The notes under the pieces: generated by a model | What the model saw: the letters and a program-made list of their open reading frames with translations, nothing else | Database searches by the model: none | Told to the model about the DNA's origin: nothing | In this document: positions 1 through 13,600 of the stretch, one piece after another | How the letters are laid out: each line of letters starts with the position of its first letter | Numbering within the stretch: position 1 is the first letter of the stretch | Source: Jimgerdemannia flammicorona | Lineage: Eukaryota | DNA: 37,632 nt | Direction of reading: 5' to 3' | Assembly (NCBI GenBank): GCA_003990765.1 | Contig: RBNJ01000185.1 | Coordinates: 1-37,632, forward strand | Program-made: the position numbers and the translations under genes

Positions 1-1180
1 TTTTTTTTCATTTGGGAGTCGTTTGAAATTACTCTGCGTTGCAGCAAAACCCTACCCACGACGGATGCCTTCATAGTATTTCACTTGTTCTTGACCAATG
101 ATGGTGGTATAATACCCTCGATACAATTATGTTCACATCGGCATCGACCTGGTCGACGACTTAAAGCGGACATAACTCGCGCCCAAAAAACCTTCGTTTA
201 CATTAGCACTTAATTTACATACAATAGATGGAATCATTTCTACGTGCCAGTTCTCCGTGTGGTGACCAACCACCGATGTCATGAACGTTCACATCGGCAC
301 CAAATACTTCCGAGCAACTTTATGATGATGCTGTGGATTTGGCGTCCCACCATATATATTGTGCCACTTGGGTATGTATCAGCGAATTGGAGGACAAAAA
401 TTATCGAGACATCAATAAGAATCGTGTCGAAATAGAACCTCTCACCCTCGAAGGCAGCAGTTGTACAAAGACATCCTACCCATCGTTTATTTAACAAAAG
501 ACAACTAGGAGAGACAAAATATGATTGGCTAGCACCGGGTGGCGGGGTAACGCGATAAACGTAAATGTAGGTCCGAACCGAATTTTATCCCATGTGTGCT
601 TTCGATATAAGCTGTTTCGGCTTTCGCGACTCTCGAGCCAGCTCGACACGTCCTTTTTCGCGCGGTGGCTACCCTGACGTTCGCCAGTGCCGTCTGACCA
701 TTGTTGTTCAGCACCCCTGCATCAGTTTAGCAGTAACTTCACTGCATCAAATTGTCCTTTCTCACGTCTGCCGATTGTTGTCCACCGCTCTTGCAGTGGA
801 CCATCCATCACTTCCATATCGTGGCCCGATATTCGATATCTGGCATGGCGTCTCAAATCTTTCATGCGTTTTGCCATCGCTATTTTGGACAGCATGCTGA
901 TGCTTCTCGCCGGCGGTCTGAAATATGTAACTAGGGCATATTCGTGAACGCAGTGATGGATAGGTGATTCCAGTTATAACCAGAAAAAAAAAAAAAAAAT
1001 GAATGATGGTTTTGAAAGGTCGTTTAGGAATGATTTAATCTCTAAATTAAACCCGACGACTTAAATTCGAGTGATACGATAAAAAACAAAGTTCAATCCG
1101 GAAGATTGAACCGCAATGGATTCAGCATGCGAATTAAGACTGAAACCGACGCAGGACACGTGTAGAATATCTGAAACCGC

Positions 1181-1217
<37 letters not shown>

Positions 1218-1486
1218 CTTGGCGGGGGGGACGGTCTTTGAATTATCAATTACTTGAATTGATATCAAAAAATTGGAACGAGATATGTAACGGTTTAATT
1301 AATGCATATGATAGAGGGTTTCTATAGTTCGCTCGACGTTATTCAATCTTATATAAACTTAGAATGAAATATAAATGGTGATGACATAAAATAAAAGGGC
1401 ATGCTTATAAACTAGATTTTTAAGGTATATATCCTCTATCCCTCCCATCCCAAACCGACAATTAGACCTATCTCTCGACGTTCCCT

Positions 1487-2386
1487 TCAGCTTCTCTCCG
1501 CCTCGGCCATAACCTTCCTATGGGCTCTGTGGTTGTATGCTCCTGTAAGAAGCATGAGTAGCACCGTCACGGACGAGAGGACGATGTTCCCAATGTACAC
1601 AATTTGGTCGATGGTGAGCGAGCTCTCAATCATGATGACCTTGACGACGAACTCGCCCAGCAAGCCGACACCCCACACGGCACTCAACAAACGCATGTCA
1701 CGTCGATACTGCGGGAAATTTTGCCAGAACCACTCGGGGCGCGCCATATCCGTCCCATCCGCGAGTGTCACAGGCGGAACCGGGAGGGCCTCCATTTGCA
1801 TCCGGAGGAAGAGGGGCCGGCTCACGTAGGAGCCAAAACGGAACGGGATGAGCGAGGCAAGGAAGATAACCCCAATTACGGATGTGATGGCCGACTCGCG
1901 GAGAAGGAGGAGACGCGGGTCTCCGTCGATGACGGCGAGGATAGCCGAGATGACAAAGGTGAAGAGGACTATAACCGAGATGGCGTTCAGCTGCCGGCGG
2001 GCAATGAGGCCGTAGATAATCATGAGGAGGGAGGGCGTACCGGAGATGAGGAGTGCCCAAATTGGGGCAAGGTAGTTCTTGAGAATGGAGTAAAGCGCGA
2101 GGGGAACGCCAACGTTAACGGCCATGTTGAGGACCAAATTCAGAATGTTCTTCATGAGGGCTTTCCCTGAGGTCCTGGTATCCGTGGCGGAAAAATTGAG
2201 GGCGATGGTGTGCATGTTGGGTTCGGTGCTTGGTGTACTTTGCCCCAGCGGGAGGCTTGGGTTAGACATGTCGATGTAGCCTTCGGACGAATTACGGTCG
2301 GAGGTGTTGTCGGGAGCTGGGGAAAGGTACAATTGGGAATTCATGATCAAGATAACTACTAATCGGATTGATTGGTTGCCAATCAT
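1487..2386 (-). CDS. VC0807-family (IspA-like) multi-pass membrane protein, intronless; alternative start at 2344 (MNSQ)
   Basis: 299-aa open frame with ~6 hydrophobic segments and family-type motifs NVGVPLALY, GDPRLLLLRES, RPLF and FPQYRRDMRLLSAVWGVGLLGEF. GC/CpG-rich, followed by an AT-rich 3' region. Confidence 0.8.
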   Translation of the reverse strand: MIGNQSIRLVVILIMNSQLYLSPAPDNTSDRNSSEGYIDMSNPSLPLGQSTPSTEPNMHTIALNFSATDTRTSGKALMKNILNLVLNMAVNVGVPLALYSILKNYLAPIWALLISGTPSLLMIIYGLIARRQLNAISVIVLFTFVISAILAVIDGDPRLLLLRESAITSVIGVIFLASLIPFRFGSYVSRPLFLRMQMEALPVPPVTLADGTDMARPEWFWQNFPQYRRDMRLLSAVWGVGLLGEFVVKVIMIESSLTIDQIVYIGNIVLSSVTVLLMLLTGAYNHRAHRKVMAEAERS

Positions 2387-4619
2387 AGAAATTACGTCGG
2401 AAAAGACCCAATTTCGTCAGTAACACACGCACAGTCCCAGTCCAAGGGTTCTGTGCCACGGGCAACTGCGTAAGAATCGTATTCTATCGTTCTGAGCTTG
2501 AAGGGGAACGGTGAGAATACAGTACAGGTAAATGTGCCACACGATCAACATCAGTCAGTGTGCAGTTCCTTTCTGGTACTGCGCGATATCGACTGTTATT
2601 ATCATACACAAATCCTGCGACTTATCGCAAACCTACAAATTGAATAGCCGTACGTCAAAGAGCGAGCGAGTTCGTCTGCGGTTGTTTACTTATTAAGCCC
2701 ATTCAGGACATGGACCAAAAGTCTACCCAAAAGCAGATAACACCGTGGCGTCAACCATAGACTGCACCGAACTACTCTCGGCTTCCTAATATCGTTAGTA
2801 GGTCGCCAAGATAGGCCTAATTATATGTTTGTTTGCCAAGCAGCCAAGGGAGGTGACGTCACATAATTACATGGCATGCTTGGGTGTTTACTTAAACGTA
2901 TGGCGCAGTACTCAATGTACAGTACCAAAATTTTGTGATGCAGACACGCCTCCTTCCTATGAGGCTGATGCGACAACGGTGGTATGGTACTGCCACCGAG
3001 TATACACGCTTAAAAAATGGCCTTCTAGCTTAGCGTCGCGAAGACATGTGCCAAATGGTCCGATGCTCTGCAGATTATTAGGGAGGTTGAATGTTCGCTC
3101 GCAATTTTATTTTCATTACCCAGCTCTTGTCGTGCCGTGGACAGACTCTGACATCTCTCAATATCAGAATTTCATGAGCGACGAGTCTACATTGACAATG
3201 GCGCTTTCTGAAATTTGTCCGACAGTTGCTTCCTTGGGCATAACACAAAAAGTGGCAATTGAGGACACAGGACAAAGCAAAAATGTAATACCGGAGAGTT
3301 ATCCACATGTCCTGATGCCTCTCTTTGCTTTTACAAGGTGGAAATGATTACAGCATGCCATGGTATTGATATTGGAGAGAAGTGTCATAGCTCGGAAGAA
3401 ATCCCAAAATAAATACATTCTTTAGATAGAGTAAATGTAAAGTATAACCTGAACGGGGTATGAATCCATAGAGATGTCCATGTCATAAAATGTGGTCTCA
3501 TGAAAACACCATTTGGATTTGGAGTAACTGGCTTATAATTATGTATACATCAACGGAGATGGAATCAATGATTTCTGCAACAAGTTGAACATAGATACTT
3601 ATACATGATAGTTGTGTAGAATCTCCCATATATCATATACTATCATAGCATATATTACAATCTTTGTTTACAAATTCAAGAGGGGGAATGTGATCTCTCT
3701 TAGTACTCAATAATTATTTACAGTATTATAATCTCAGTTTTATATACTTTATTAAGCTCTATTTTTCTAGGAGATTTATTATATAAAAGGCCCAAATGAT
3801 ATAGTCTTTGTCATTAAAGATAGAAATGAACCTTTTGTCTTTATTTATACTGATAACTGAAACTGTATTTTCTATAATAGTATCTGTAATTATAATAGAG
3901 ACTATTTCTATTATTAAAGTACTTATATAATTAGTATATCTATATTGCTAGATTGATCTTTATTTGACATTTTAATATAGAGTAATATATATTATAGTAT
4001 ATGTTTAGATATATTCTACTTATCACTAGTATGACTTATAATCTTTATAGTAAATTTTATAAAAATTTAAATAAAAAAGATAATTTTATTAAAGTTATAT
4101 ATATATATAAGTTATATATTTTAGATATTACTAATAAATTAATATAAAATTGATCTAAAAAAGAGTATAATATATATAAAGTTATATAAAGTTATTATTC
4201 TAATAATATGTAATTAGTAAACTCAGAATCTTATAATAGTATAATATACTAACTCAATAAAGATAAATTACAAGATTGAACTACTATACATATTGGCTTA
4301 AGCTCTTAGTTACTTTGTCAAAGTAACAAAATATTTAGTGGTTTCTTTCAAAAATAGATATAAGTTCTATTTATATAATATAGTGAATTCAGCAGATTTC
4401 TCATATTTTTCTAAAAATGGTAGACTTTTTAAATAGTAGATAATAGTAGACTTCTAGTTTTTCAAATAGTGGATCTTTAGACTTATATAGTCTGGCAAAT
4501 ATACTAAATCAGATCTTCTCTTCTTTATATTAAAAAGTAGATCAGAGTGTAAATTTAGAATAAAAGTTCACAATTTTCTAAAAGTGACTTTTAAGTAGAC
4601 ATTTCTCTTAAGTATTGCA

Positions 4620-5938
4620 ATTCTTCCTATAGTACTCTAAATGAGTAGAGTTTTAATCTCTGAAAATCAAAAACTGAGACTTTAAATTATATAAGAATAC
4701 TATAATATACCTTTTGTAGGACATTATGATAATAAAAAAACTCTTACTAATATAACTCAGAACTTTTATTAGCCAAGAATAACAGATGATATTAAGGATT
4801 TTTGTTATTTCTGTAATTTATATTAAAGAAATAAGACAAGAAATTAAGTACCTTCAGAACTTCTTCAATCTTTATCAATATCTACTAGAAATTAGAACCA
4901 GATTGCCTTAGACTTTATAATAAGACTACTTAAAACCAATCAAGGAAAAGATACTATAGTTGTATTCATAGATAGGCTTAGCAAATAAGCACACTTTAAA
5001 CCTACTACTACTATAGTTACTGTATCAGAAATAGTAAAGATTTTCTTATATATAGTTTTTAAACTATATAGACTACTCTCAGTAATAGTCTCAGATAGAG
5101 ACTCTAAATTTATAAGTACTTTCTGAAAAACATTCTTTAGAATAATAAATACCAAGTTATTATTCTCTACTGCCTACTATCTACAAACTGATAGTCAGAC
5201 AGAAAGAACTAACAGAACTCTCAAACAAATATTGAAAATATTCTATAGCTATAAATAAGATAACTGGGACCAATATCTTCTATTAGCAGAATTTGTTTAT
5301 AATAATATCAAACAGTCATCTACTCAAATGATACTTTTCTTTATAAATATTGGTCAATATCCATAAACTCTGACAACTATAGAAAAATCTATAGTATCTG
5401 CTATAGAAGACCTTATAGTAATTATTGGAAATATCATATAATTAATACAAAAAGAATTACAGAAGACTCAGGAGTAATAAGTTAAATATACCAACTAATA
5501 TAAAAGAGAAGTTCTCTTCAAAGTAGAAGACTTAGTTCTCTTAGAAGTCTCTAATATAACTGTATCAAATCAGACTAGATAACCTAAACAAAGTCTATGT
5601 CTAAAGTATATTAGATTCTATCTAGTTAAAAAAATAATATCTGATATATTATATTAATTAGAATTATCTCAAGATATGAAAATACATAATGTATTTCATA
5701 TCTCATTACTTAAGCAGTATACTCTAAATCAAAATCCTAATCAGAAAATACTCCCACCACTACTCTTAATAAATCAGAATATATTGTGGAATAAATTTTA
5801 GACTGCTGAGTTATAAAAAGAGAATAAGAAACCTCCTTGGAATATTTAGTAAAATGAGAAAGTTACTCTTTATATGACTCTATCTAGAAACTAGAAAGAA
5901 ACCTCACCAATACTATAGAAAAAATCTTAGAATATTTA
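4620..5938 (+). pseudogene. Element A integrase + chromodomain pseudogene
   Basis: Manual translation gives PFVGHY, IALDFI, IVVFIDRLSK*AHF, IVSDRDSKFIS, STAYYLQTDSQTERTNRTLKQIL, LAEFVYNN, IHNVFHISLLKQY and EYIVE*ILD...EYLVK*ESY..YDSI*KLERNL (5774-5938). Confidence 0.9.
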
Positions 5939-6002
5939 GTATAATAAAAAAGAAAACTGCAATCTCACTAATATATTACTCATATCTTCTAGTCTAAAGA
6001 GA

Positions 6003-6740
6003 ATGAATAGATACAATATATCTAGATAATGTGGACTATAATATACTGAATTTGGAGAAGTTGAACCTCCAACTTATAGTTCTGAGATTAATCTACTACC
6101 TACTATATTACAAGATACTGATTGCTAGGATAAAATAAGTAAATACAGAAAAAGTTATAAGAAAATTTTCATGAACTAAGACTGGTAACCTAAATAGATT
6201 GACTATGAGAATAAGATTGAGATAAAAGAAGTATAACTCCTTACACTATCAATAACTTCTATATCCAGAAGTCTAGATAGAGTGTCCATATTCTGATATA
6301 GCCTACTAGGTAACTAACTTAGTACAGTTTAGCACTTATCAATGTGGCCTAAAGTAATAGCTAGCTATAACTTTAACTTATATTTAGCTTATATCTAGTA
6401 GTATGGTAAAAAGAAGTCAGAAATTTCTAAGATATCAAAATACATCTAGTATATAGCATGACAAATCTTTACCAGAAGAACTCAGAATGGGTCAAACCTC
6501 TGATCTACAGACCAAAAGTCCAATATCTTAATAGAGTGATCAACTCTCTATAAAAGATTAAAAAAAATTTGAGAACTCAGCTTAAGAGCCAAATTAAGAC
6601 TTCTTAATTAAGTAAAGCTGAGCTCCAAACCCTAAGAATATTCTACAAGAATCTCAAAAAGAGAAAGAGATAAAAAAATTATATCAAGAAAATCTTATTT
6701 TAAAGAAAACTCTATAAGACTATTTAATGAGAATATTAAA
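6003..6740 (+). pseudogene. Probable decayed extra ORF between chromodomain and PPT of element A
   Basis: Protein-like translation with C>T/G>A-type stops (MWPKVIASYNFNLYL...KYI*YIA*QI / YQKNSEWVKPLIYRPKVQYLNRV); needs a frameshift. Confidence 0.35.
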
Positions 6741-6744
6741 TCTT

Positions 6745-6757
6745 AAAAGGGGAATAA
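6745..6757 (+). promoter_or_regulatory. Polypurine tract of element A
   Basis: AAAAGGGGAATAA immediately before LTR start TATAATGAAATTA (TGTAATGAAATTA in the second copy). Confidence 0.75.
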
Positions 6758-8673
6758 TATAATGAAATTACATTCTAATATTATAAAGGATGATATCATC
6801 AAGCTGATATTATTGGATTTGTATCACCAGTAAGATTACATACTAAAAAAATTAAGAATATTAGTAAGATCATAATGATTTTATACTAATTTTAGCTCTT
6901 TTTAGCTAGTAATATCATAGTAGTCACACTATTCTCTTTACTAGTTTAGTATATACTCACACTGATATCACTATAAATATACCTTAGAAATAGACTAAGG
7001 ATGCTAAAAATAGTATAGAACTAAATCAGTCTTCAGCTATATTGATGTTATAAACTAAAATAGTTTATAATATTATAGAAACTAGAATATATATATATAC
7101 TGATATTATTAGCTCTCTGATATCAGAAACTAGTAAGATCTTCAAAACTAGTGACTTCATGAACTAAACTAGACTATGATAAGTTATGAAATCATGATTA
7201 CTATATATTAAAATAGTTTATTTGATAAACAAATAAATATCCCATAAATTGGTTCTGAGAAATAATTATCTATACAAATATATAAATATACCCTCTAAAA
7301 AACAAAACTAAATATAAATAAATCATGCCCTCACCTTCTGAATATGTTTATGAAGTTCTCTAGAAAGTAGTCTATAATTATTACAACTAGTATAACTAGG
7401 AATATGTTGATCTTGATACTTATAATATAGAGTAGTTTTTAGAAGTTGCTGATGAGATTGCTGTAAGAATACAATCAATCATAAGATATGTCCAAATACT
7501 AAGAAATTATCAGACTGATAAACTCTTAGTATATAGTGGCTTAATTCTATCAGAGGTTATAGATGAATAAAATATCTCTATTTTCAGATAGTATATTCTA
7601 GTTTATACCTATCAACTACTCTATAGAATGCCCTATGTTATTAATGGTATAAGAGAAGTAACTCTTGCAGAAATTAGTAGTCTTGATGACTAATTAACAA
7701 GTCAAATTGAGCTAGACCTCATAAATGGCTTTAATCTGCAAAAGTACTATAATGATGATATATATATAACTATTGAGAATTAAGTCTTCAATAGACTCAT
7801 TAGTCTATTTTAAGTACTTACTTCTCAGGTTTAGATATCTACAAATATCTGACTATAAGGAATTTCTATACCATTTAATATAAGACTAGTCTCATTAATA
7901 TCTATACCATTATCTGTAATCACCAGATCAGAACTAGACTCTGATGAGTTTAGTATTATATTATCTAAATCCAAGACTCTGAGAGAAGTCTTATCTCCTT
8001 TCAGAAAAGTCTGTTACTACTTCATGATATAATATAATATATTATAAAGTCTCAGTCAAAATTTAGAATAATTACTTTATAGCTAGTATATAAAAATAAT
8101 ATTATTAAATAATATTATTATGACTTTATGATAACACTATTATAGTATAACTTTTACATTATTTCTAGTAACTTTTTATCTTATTTTTCTTAGCCAATAG
8201 TTAGTCAATGTTATGTAAGAGATCTTCAAAATATATAAATACTCTTAGAGAAATAACTCAAAAACTTTCAGAATTTACAGAATATTAAATAAAGAACAAT
8301 TAAGACTTAAGTCTATAATATATAAATAAGTTCCAGAATAATCTCCAATAGAAAGACTACATCTAAAAATAGATGTCCTGAACTCTATAAATACTTGAAC
8401 TCTGAAGAATCTAAATATAATTATCAGAACCAGACTATCTTAAAAAAAAAAATACTAAAAGACTTAGACTTTAAAGAATTAAAATCTGTAATTATCAAAT
8501 TATTATCTAAGTCTATCAGAAGGAGACTAGATCAATTAGAAGTACAACAGACAGTACTTAGACATTAAGACAGCTACTTCCTCAAGCTACAGATACCTAA
8601 TATAAGTATCTCTAAGTTATTAATATCAAGGATCATTAACTTAAAGAGTATAATTATTATAATAATGAAGATA
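6758..8673 (+). repeat. 3' LTR of element A (~1.9 kb, last ~10 bp missing); TATAAATA at 8234-8241
   Basis: Colinear with the reverse complement of 32103-34039; differences are mostly transitions. Confidence 0.9.
7325..8032 (+). pseudogene. LTR(U3)-encoded ORF of family A (~235 codons), decayed
   Basis: One frame from ATG 7325 (MPSPSEYVYEVL*KVV...) without frameshift. Several stops read W or Q in the second LTR copy. Aligns to the LTR ORFs of B and C. Confidence 0.75.
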
Positions 8674-9459
8674 AATTTAGTATATCTAAGCAGATCACAA
8701 TATGTTTAGTTAATCTCAAGTAATACTAGAATTATTATTATACTAAGTAAGAGTTTCTCCTATAGTTTGAAAAAAGAATTATAGTCTGTAAATAGTAAGT
8801 ACATATACTAACTGATTATCTATAAACTTTATATTTATTACTAAAAATTATTCAATATATCTCAGAGTACTTTTGTATACTATCTGCAGTATAGTATTTC
8901 TTTGCTTTAAATTTCATATTGTCCTTGAACAAAGTATTTAATATCAGCTTATATAGAATAGTAAGTAGATCTCAAATATTTACTAGTTCAAGTTTTAGAC
9001 ATATGAGTGATGTTAAAAATGTTACAATTGAAGAGCTAATTTGAAAAAGAGAATTATTAAATATTTATCAATTTAATAGAAATATTAACTATTTAATTAT
9101 ATACTACTCTATTTTTGGCTACTATATCTAAACATTTTATCATCTCTCTTAAGTTTATGAACTAGAGGGGCCTATTTACTATTGAAATTCTTCTATCTGT
9201 AAATATATTAAGAAGTTTATCTACAATCTTTAGGATATATTTCTACTTCAAAACAATAAATACATGAGTCAAATTTCTCTATCATTCTTTCAAAGATATA
9301 AAAGATTATTTATATCAGTTATAAATACCTATTTGAGTTTAGAAATCAATTTATTATACTATATAAGTATTTTCTTACTATTGATAATCTGATTACCAGT
9401 TAGTTTATAGATAATATAATTCTCACCAAACTTCAATATAGTAGATGGGCTTCTCTGAT

Positions 9460-9570
9460 CTTAAATTAAATTGTTATTCTCTCTGAATAATTATCATTTC
9501 TCTTAAATTGAATTGTTATTTTTACTGAACAATAGACTTTTCTATTCTTAAATTAAGCTGTTATTATGAA
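9460..9570. repeat. Imperfect ~42-44 bp tandem repeat (CTTAAATTRARYTGTTATT core x3)
   Basis: Core recurs at ~9460, ~9502 and ~9547. Confidence 0.55.
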
Positions 9571-10020
9571 ACCCAGATAAGTAGATAAAGATAGATCATT
9601 ACTGCTGATATTATCTTGAATTATATATACTCAGTATAATTATCTGAAACCTTCTAAGTTCATTTATATAGATTGCTCAAACTTGAAATATGTATAGAAT
9701 TCAAGATTAACTTATGAACTATAGATAAATTTATAGACAATAGTAGTATAATATTAAAGTTACTATAATATTAATAAACTGATAAACTTATCATCTGATA
9801 TTATATAAGTATATTATACATTTTACAGATATATCAAGTTAATCTTAAGACAGATTTGTACTTTAAGTTATAATATAAGTAAGAAAGCTTCATATTGATA
9901 GTAGATTTAAAGTAGAGAAGAATTTAAAGGAATATGAATTTTAACAGTAAGTTTATGATTATGAAATATACTGGTCTAAAATGAAATTATTTATCTAATT
10001 GGCTTTGTACTTTTACTCTT

Positions 10021-10075
10021 ACTTAATATGCTTACTTAATATACTTGCTTAATATATACTTATTTAATATACTTA
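10021..10075. repeat. Imperfect ~13-bp tandem repeat (ACTTAATATRCTT x4)
   Basis: Direct reading of acttaatatgctt acttaatatactt gcttaatatatactt atttaatatactt. Confidence 0.55.
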
Positions 10076-10127
10076 TACTTTATTATATTAACTAAACTTA
10101 TTATATTATTATATTCCTCAAGATATA

Positions 10128-10278
10128 TTGTGGTCTTAATGACTCACAGTTAGTCATCATTACTCATCTTATAGTCTGGATAAGTCATGCCATATGATCT
10201 TCTTGTGCTCTGATCTGGTGGCTTGTAAGGAATTGCTGTCTCTTGTACTGATGTCATCATTCTGAGATCACTGTTACA
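10128..10278 (-). repeat. Remnant (first ~150 bp) of element B 3' LTR
   Basis: Matches ~17316-17466; starts TGTAACAG on the minus strand directly after the PPT. Confidence 0.85.
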
Positions 10279-10639
10279 TCTTTCTCCTAGATAAGGATCT
10301 TCTTGAACATTCTTATTCATTGGTCCAGTTCTGAAAAATTTGCTAATCTAATAACCTCTGGCAGGGGGTTGAAAAGTAGTGTTTATGGGCTGATATCTTC
10401 CTTATGTATTTTGGTATGATGGTGAAGGGTCACTCCCTTCATATAGAGCAAGGGCCTGATTCTGATCTTTACCAATCAGTTGATGGTTTGAACTCCTCTG
10501 GCTTCAAAAGTCTTATGGATGAGTAGTTACTAGTACTATATCCCTTAGAGAATAGTCTAGACAGATTGCCTGCTAGTTACAGGATATGCTGTTATGATTC
10601 ACAGACTAGAACCTTACAGGTGGTCATTATGTTTTGCTT

Positions 10640-13600
10640 CTCTTGTATAGGTTTATAATACTTCTTGAGTCTGTTCCTGTATACTATGGTAGACAGTATG
10701 GTCTCTGAGAGTTTTCTAAGCCAGAAAGTAGTTCTCTTGATATCTTACACATAGAAGAGTTCTTCCCATTTGGGCTCTAGTTTTCATAACCATGAGGCTT
10801 CTACTATATTTCAATATAGTAGGACTTTTTCTCTAATTTGAATGAGTTCTAGGGTCTTGCAATTCTTTTCTGCATTCTTTCTCATCAGCACTTGTAACTT
10901 GATGATGTAATCTTTAGCCTTCTTTCTGATTTGGTGTAGTCTCCAGATTTCTGAGTCAACCTATCTCTAAGTTAGGTCTAGATTTATAGCTGAGATTTCA
11001 TCAGAATCTTCTTTTCTGAAGAGTAGTTCTCTTAAGGTAAAGTATGTACTCTGTGACTATATGTCTTGTAGGACAGAGAGGGTAGTTGAGAGGTAGTTAT
11101 CCCAATTTTCATATGTATCTGAGATCTTCACCAGAATATTCTTGAAGGTCTTGTTGGTTCTCTCTGTCTATTCATTTCCTTGAGGGTGGTATACAGTGGT
11201 CTTGATATACTGAATATTATATTTCTAATATATTATCTCATAGATCCATTGACAAATTCTGTACTGTAGTCTGTAGTGATTTGCTTTGGTGTCTTGTAGT
11301 GGTAGATGATTTCTCGGTATAAGAAGTCAGCTATAGAGAGGGCATTGGCTTCTTATAATGCTCCTGCTTCTATCTATTTGGTAAAAAGATCTACAATAAC
11401 TATAATGTAGTAGTTCCTGATAGTGTTACTAGTAGTGATTCAATGATATTCATTGCAATATAGCAAAAGGAGATAGGCTCAATTCTTAATGACCCAGATG
11501 TCTGGTCTTGCTGATCTTGTTGCTGTTTTTGGTACTTATCATACCCTTTGACAAATTGGCACAGATCTTCTTCCATCTTGGACCACTATATAGTTCTTTT
11601 TGTCTTATCATATATATTAGTTTCTCCTAGGTATCCTTGTTCATACATATACTTCTTTCATTATTTAATACTTCTTATATTCAGGTATTATAAGCTTTCC
11701 TCCTTTTCTAAGTATAGTGTTGTCTAGTTCAAACTATTTCCAAGTCTGATTAATAATGGTAATTATCCAGGGTTTGAGATGGTTGAGCATCTTCTGCTAC
11801 CTAAGGTAGCTGATTAATCTATAGTATAACTCTTTATTCATATTGAATAGTCTTGATGGAGGTGTTTTGGAGTGTCCTTGAGAGTACATCAGCATTGGCA
11901 TTAGTTCTTCCTGAGTGGTACTTGACAGTACAGTTATACTCTTGCAGCCTGTAGATCTATCTGGTATATATTCTTTTGGAGTTCAGAGTGTAGAATAGCT
12001 AGGTAAGAGCAGAATAGTCTGTTTGAATAGTGAAGTGTTTTCCAGCTAGGTAGTAGTGGAACTTATCTACTACCCAAACTACTGCTAAGTATTCAAGCTT
12101 GTATGACTCATAGTTCTGTTCTGCTCCATGGGTACCTCAGCTTACATAGGAGATGACATATTCATGTCTATCTTTCTTCTGAGCTAGGACTGCTCCAAGT
12201 CCTATAGCACTTGCATCTGTCTGCAGAATGAACTCTAGGTTTCAATCTAGTCTTCTGAGGATGGGTGCTTGAGTCAACCTGGTCTTGAGTTCATTGAAGG
12301 TTCCTTATCATTCCTTGGTCCATTCAAATTTGGTCTCCTTCTTCAGTAGCTTGTAGATAGGTGCTGCAATGTTAGAGTATTCTTTGATGAATCTTCTATA
12401 GTAGGAGGCCAGTCCAAGGAAGATATGGACTTCTGTAGTTATTCTGGGTCTTGGGTAGGCTGTAATAGTCTCAATCTTCATGGAGTCTGTGTGGATTCCA
12501 GTCTGGTTGATGAGGTGTCCTAGGTAGATGATTTTCTGAGCTACAAACTTACACTTCTTGGGCTTAATGTAGAGGTCATGCTCCTTGAGCTTCTTGAGAG
12601 CTAGCTGTATATGGTTGATATATTCCTGTACAGTATTGCTGAAGATGATCACATTATCAATATAGACAAAGAGCTATTTTCCAATCTCATTGCTGAAGAC
12701 TCTGTTCATCATTTACTAAAAACTTACTGGGGCATTGTACATTCCAAATAGCATTTGCAGGTAGATATAGGTGACATCAGGTATAATGAAAGCTGATTTC
12801 TCACTGGTATCTTGAGTGAGACCAATCTGATAGAAGCCTGAGAACAGATCCAAGATAGTATAGTATTTGGCTTTACTTTCAAGGGTGGTAAGGATTTCTT
12901 GAATATTTGGCAAGAGCTGTCTATTCTTCTTGGTAATTACATTGAGCTTCCTGTAGTCAATATAGAGTCTCAGGGCAAACTCTCCAGACTTGCTTTCTTT
13001 CTTTGAAGCAAGGACAATGAGTAAAGCCTAGGAACTGATAGCTTGCTTGATGATTCCAGCTTCTTCCATTTCCTTGAGTTCTGCTCACAGCCATTCTCTA
13101 TAGGTAGGTAGTATAGGTCTGGCTTTCTGGTAGATGGACTTGGTATTGCCAGTGTCAACTTCATAGTAGTACTTGGGTTCTTGATTGTGGATATCCCTGA
13201 AGTCTGTAGTAAGTACTCCTTCATTCTGGTGCAGGATCTTGAGAAGTTGTTCTTCCAGGGGAAAGTTTTCTCCAATAGTATATGTGTGCTTATTCTGGTT
13301 CTTATCTTTCTTGTACTCAAGTTCAGTAATCTTAGTGACAGTATAGGTTTCTCTTCCAGTAGATATAAAGCCTTATTCTTCTCTCTTAGTCTTGATGAGT
13401 TTGATGGCTTTGGTGATCTTAGGCTTCTTGATTTCATAGATCAGCATCTGGTCAATCCTGTTATGCTTCTTGACTTTGAATGAGGTGGTGGGGTTGTGAT
13501 TCTTAACTATGAGGAAGATCTTACCAGTATAATCAAGGTCAATTACTCCTCCTTCAACTGAGATTTCATTTTTGGCCAGACTGCTCCTGGTCTTGATAAT

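Larger units (their letters stand above)
4620..8673 (+). mobile_element. Element A: 3' half of a decayed chromodomain-type Ty3/gypsy LTR retrotransposon (integrase-chromodomain, 3' ORF remnant, PPT, 1.9-kb 3' LTR)
   Basis: Stop-riddled integrase and chromodomain, purine tract at 6745-6757, then an LTR matching the TSD-flanked solo LTR at 32103-34039. Left boundary approximate. Confidence 0.85.

Noticed and set aside
984..1215. A16 (984-999) and T33 (1183-1215) runs as retroposon tails
   Set aside because: No flanking target-site duplication found; treated as simple homopolymers.
1533..2170. Overlapping ORFs 1533-1829, 1604-2170 and 1698-2060
   Set aside because: Shadow frames of the GC-rich membrane protein gene.
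2829..3347. 172-aa ORF and the short ORFs in 244-947
   Set aside because: Non-ATG starts, no recognisable motifs, atypical composition.
3678..3700. AAGAGGGGGAA-TGTGATC as a PPT plus LTR start
   Set aside because: No upstream pol and no second copy to support it.
4630..4645. 16-bp match (TAGTACTCTAAATGAG) to the MITE left terminus
   Set aside because: No partner TIR or TSD, and the downstream sequence reads as pol; could be chance in AT-rich DNA.
8680..10120. AT-rich decayed sequence, possibly another TE (also 3700-4600 and 35410-36050)
   Set aside because: No motif or terminus could be identified by eye; left unannotated.
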